The notes beneath the pieces were generated by a model, which was not told where the DNA came from, searched no databases, and saw only the letters and a program-made list of their open reading frames with translations. This document shows positions 36,472 to 37,815 of a stretch of 37,815 bases of DNA, piece after piece. How positions within the stretch are numbered: the stretch's first letter is position 1; each line of letters starts with the position of its first letter. The translations under genes and the position numbers were made by a program. The DNA is from Rhodobiaceae bacterium (GTDB lineage Bacteria; Pseudomonadota; Alphaproteobacteria; RS24), in assembly GCA_002683515.1 (NCBI GenBank), contig NYTN01000011.1:1-37815 (forward strand), in the 5' to 3' direction.

Positions 36472-37533
36472 ATGAACGGACAAAAGCCGATTGTAGAGAA
36501 TGCTCACGGCCTGACCTATTTGTTTGACGATAAACCTGAACCGGCTGAAATCCGTGAAGTGGCAGAAGGTGTTCACTGGTTGCGCTTGCCTTTATTTGAA
36601 ACGCTGGATCACATAAATGTCTGGCTGTTGGAAGATGGTGAATCATGGGTCATTGTCGATACCGGGCTTAATAACGATCGCACCAAAGAAATCTGGGAAA
36701 ATGTTTTCGCCAAAACTTTTCAGGGTAAGCCGGTTAGTAAAATTCTTGTGACGCATATGCACCCCGATCATATAGGACTGGCAGGTTGGATGGTTGATAA
36801 ATTTGGCGTTATGCTCACCATGACGCGACTTGAATATTTGACCTGTCGGGTACTCGCTGCGGATACAGATAAAAAAGCACCGAAAGAAGCCCTAGATTTC
36901 CTCTATAAGGTAGGTGTCCCTGACGAGATTATTGAGGGCTATAAAGAGCGTTTTGGTATGTTCGGTGCTGCGATTTATGATCTACCTCAAAATTTCTACC
37001 GAGTCATTGATGAAGAAGAAATTGTTATTAACGGACGCATTTGGAAAGTCGCTGTCGGAAATGGGCACTCGCCTGAGCATGCTTGCTTTTTCTGTCCATC
37101 TTTGAAAGTTGTTATTTCCGGCGATCAGATTCTGCCTCGTATATCCTCTCATGTCGGCATTTTCCCAAATGAACCAGATGCCAATAATCTTGAAGATTGG
37201 ATTGAGAGTTGTAAAAAACTAAAATCTGTTTTCCCTCGAGATTTGTTGGTTTTACCGTCGCATAATGAACCTTTCTATGGTGTTCATAATCGGTTGCAGT
37301 CGCTGATAGACGGGCATGAGAAAAGGCTCACAAAACTTCTTGCAGCCTGCGAAACTCCACGTAGCCCAGCAGATCCTGTACTTTTCTCGATTCTGTTTAA
37401 GCGAACTATAGACAAAGGCTTGTTTATCATGGCCATAAGTGAGAGCATGGCGCACTTAAATTGTCTTTATCGTCGAGACCTTTTAAACAAATCGTTAGAT
37501 GAAGATGGTAGGTTAAGGTTTGTTGCAAGCTGA
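36472..37533 (+). CDS. MBL-fold metallo-hydrolase
   Basis: VDTG; THMHPDHIG (HxHxDH); GHSPEH; SGDQILP; LPSH. Confidence 0.92.
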   Translation: MNGQKPIVENAHGLTYLFDDKPEPAEIREVAEGVHWLRLPLFETLDHINVWLLEDGESWVIVDTGLNNDRTKEIWENVFAKTFQGKPVSKILVTHMHPDHIGLAGWMVDKFGVMLTMTRLEYLTCRVLAADTDKKAPKEALDFLYKVGVPDEIIEGYKERFGMFGAAIYDLPQNFYRVIDEEEIVINGRIWKVAVGNGHSPEHACFFCPSLKVVISGDQILPRISSHVGIFPNEPDANNLEDWIESCKKLKSVFPRDLLVLPSHNEPFYGVHNRLQSLIDGHEKRLTKLLAACETPRSPADPVLFSILFKRTIDKGLFIMAISESMAHLNCLYRRDLLNKSLDEDGRLRFVAS

Positions 37534-37547
37534 GTCAGGATAAATAA

Positions 37548-37805
37548 ATGTCTGATCAAAATGAAATGGAGAAAGAAATCTCCCAAATGAGTTTTGAGCA
37601 AGCTCTCGAAGCTCTTGAAGAAATCGTGGATAGTCTGGAAAGCGGGAATGTGGCGCTTGAAGCATCCATACAAATTTATCAGCGTGGAAATCTTTTACGC
37701 CTTCATTGCGAGGCTAAACTTAAAGATGCTCAAAGCAAAATTGAAAAAATCACTGGCACAGGTGATGGCAAAGACCCCGATACGGAGCCGCTAGATATAG
37801 GCTGA
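37548..37805 (+). CDS. xseB: Exodeoxyribonuclease VII small subunit
   Basis: SFEQALEALEEIVDSLESGNVALEASIQIYQRGNLLRLHCEAKL. Confidence 0.97.
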   Translation: MSDQNEMEKEISQMSFEQALEALEEIVDSLESGNVALEASIQIYQRGNLLRLHCEAKLKDAQSKIEKITGTGDGKDPDTEPLDIG

Positions 37806-37806
37806 T

Positions 37807-37815
37807 ATGGATACC
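37807..37815 (+). CDS. Possible start of the next gene (ispA expected from xseB-ispA synteny), truncated
   Basis: ATG GAT ACC begins 1 nt after the xseB stop. Identity rests on known synteny only. Confidence 0.25.

Overview
This is a densely coded chromosomal core-genome segment of an alphaproteobacterium. The gene order is Rhizobiales/Parvibaculales-like, with short spacers and several overlapping convergent stops; a streamlined marine lineage is an inference only. Contents in order: partial mutY divergent from dciA(DUF721)-dsbA-smc; the F0 ATP synthase operon atpI-B-E-F'-F; a soluble lytic transglycosylase and a family-4 uracil-DNA glycosylase; ETF-QO-TPR-ispE facing ispB; tRNA m6A37 methyltransferase-glyQ-glyS-ppdK-SleB-type hydrolase; a minus-strand run ygfZ-tag-fabH-like-nadQ-nadA-nadB-nadC with a clear NadQ operator; pyrC-DUF192-SRAP; SDR-sua5/tsaC; MBL hydrolase-xseB. 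I see no rRNA, tRNA, CRISPR, phage or IS elements and cannot honestly claim a wholly new multi-gene system. Best leads: a SRAP abasic-site protein ending in a beta-clamp-like motif (QFDLF) and translationally coupled to an exported DUF192 protein; an SDR with a histone-H1-like basic tail coupled to sua5; a family-4 UDG lacking two of four Fe-S cysteines; and two structured intergenic regions. All calls come from motif recognition by eye, not database searches.
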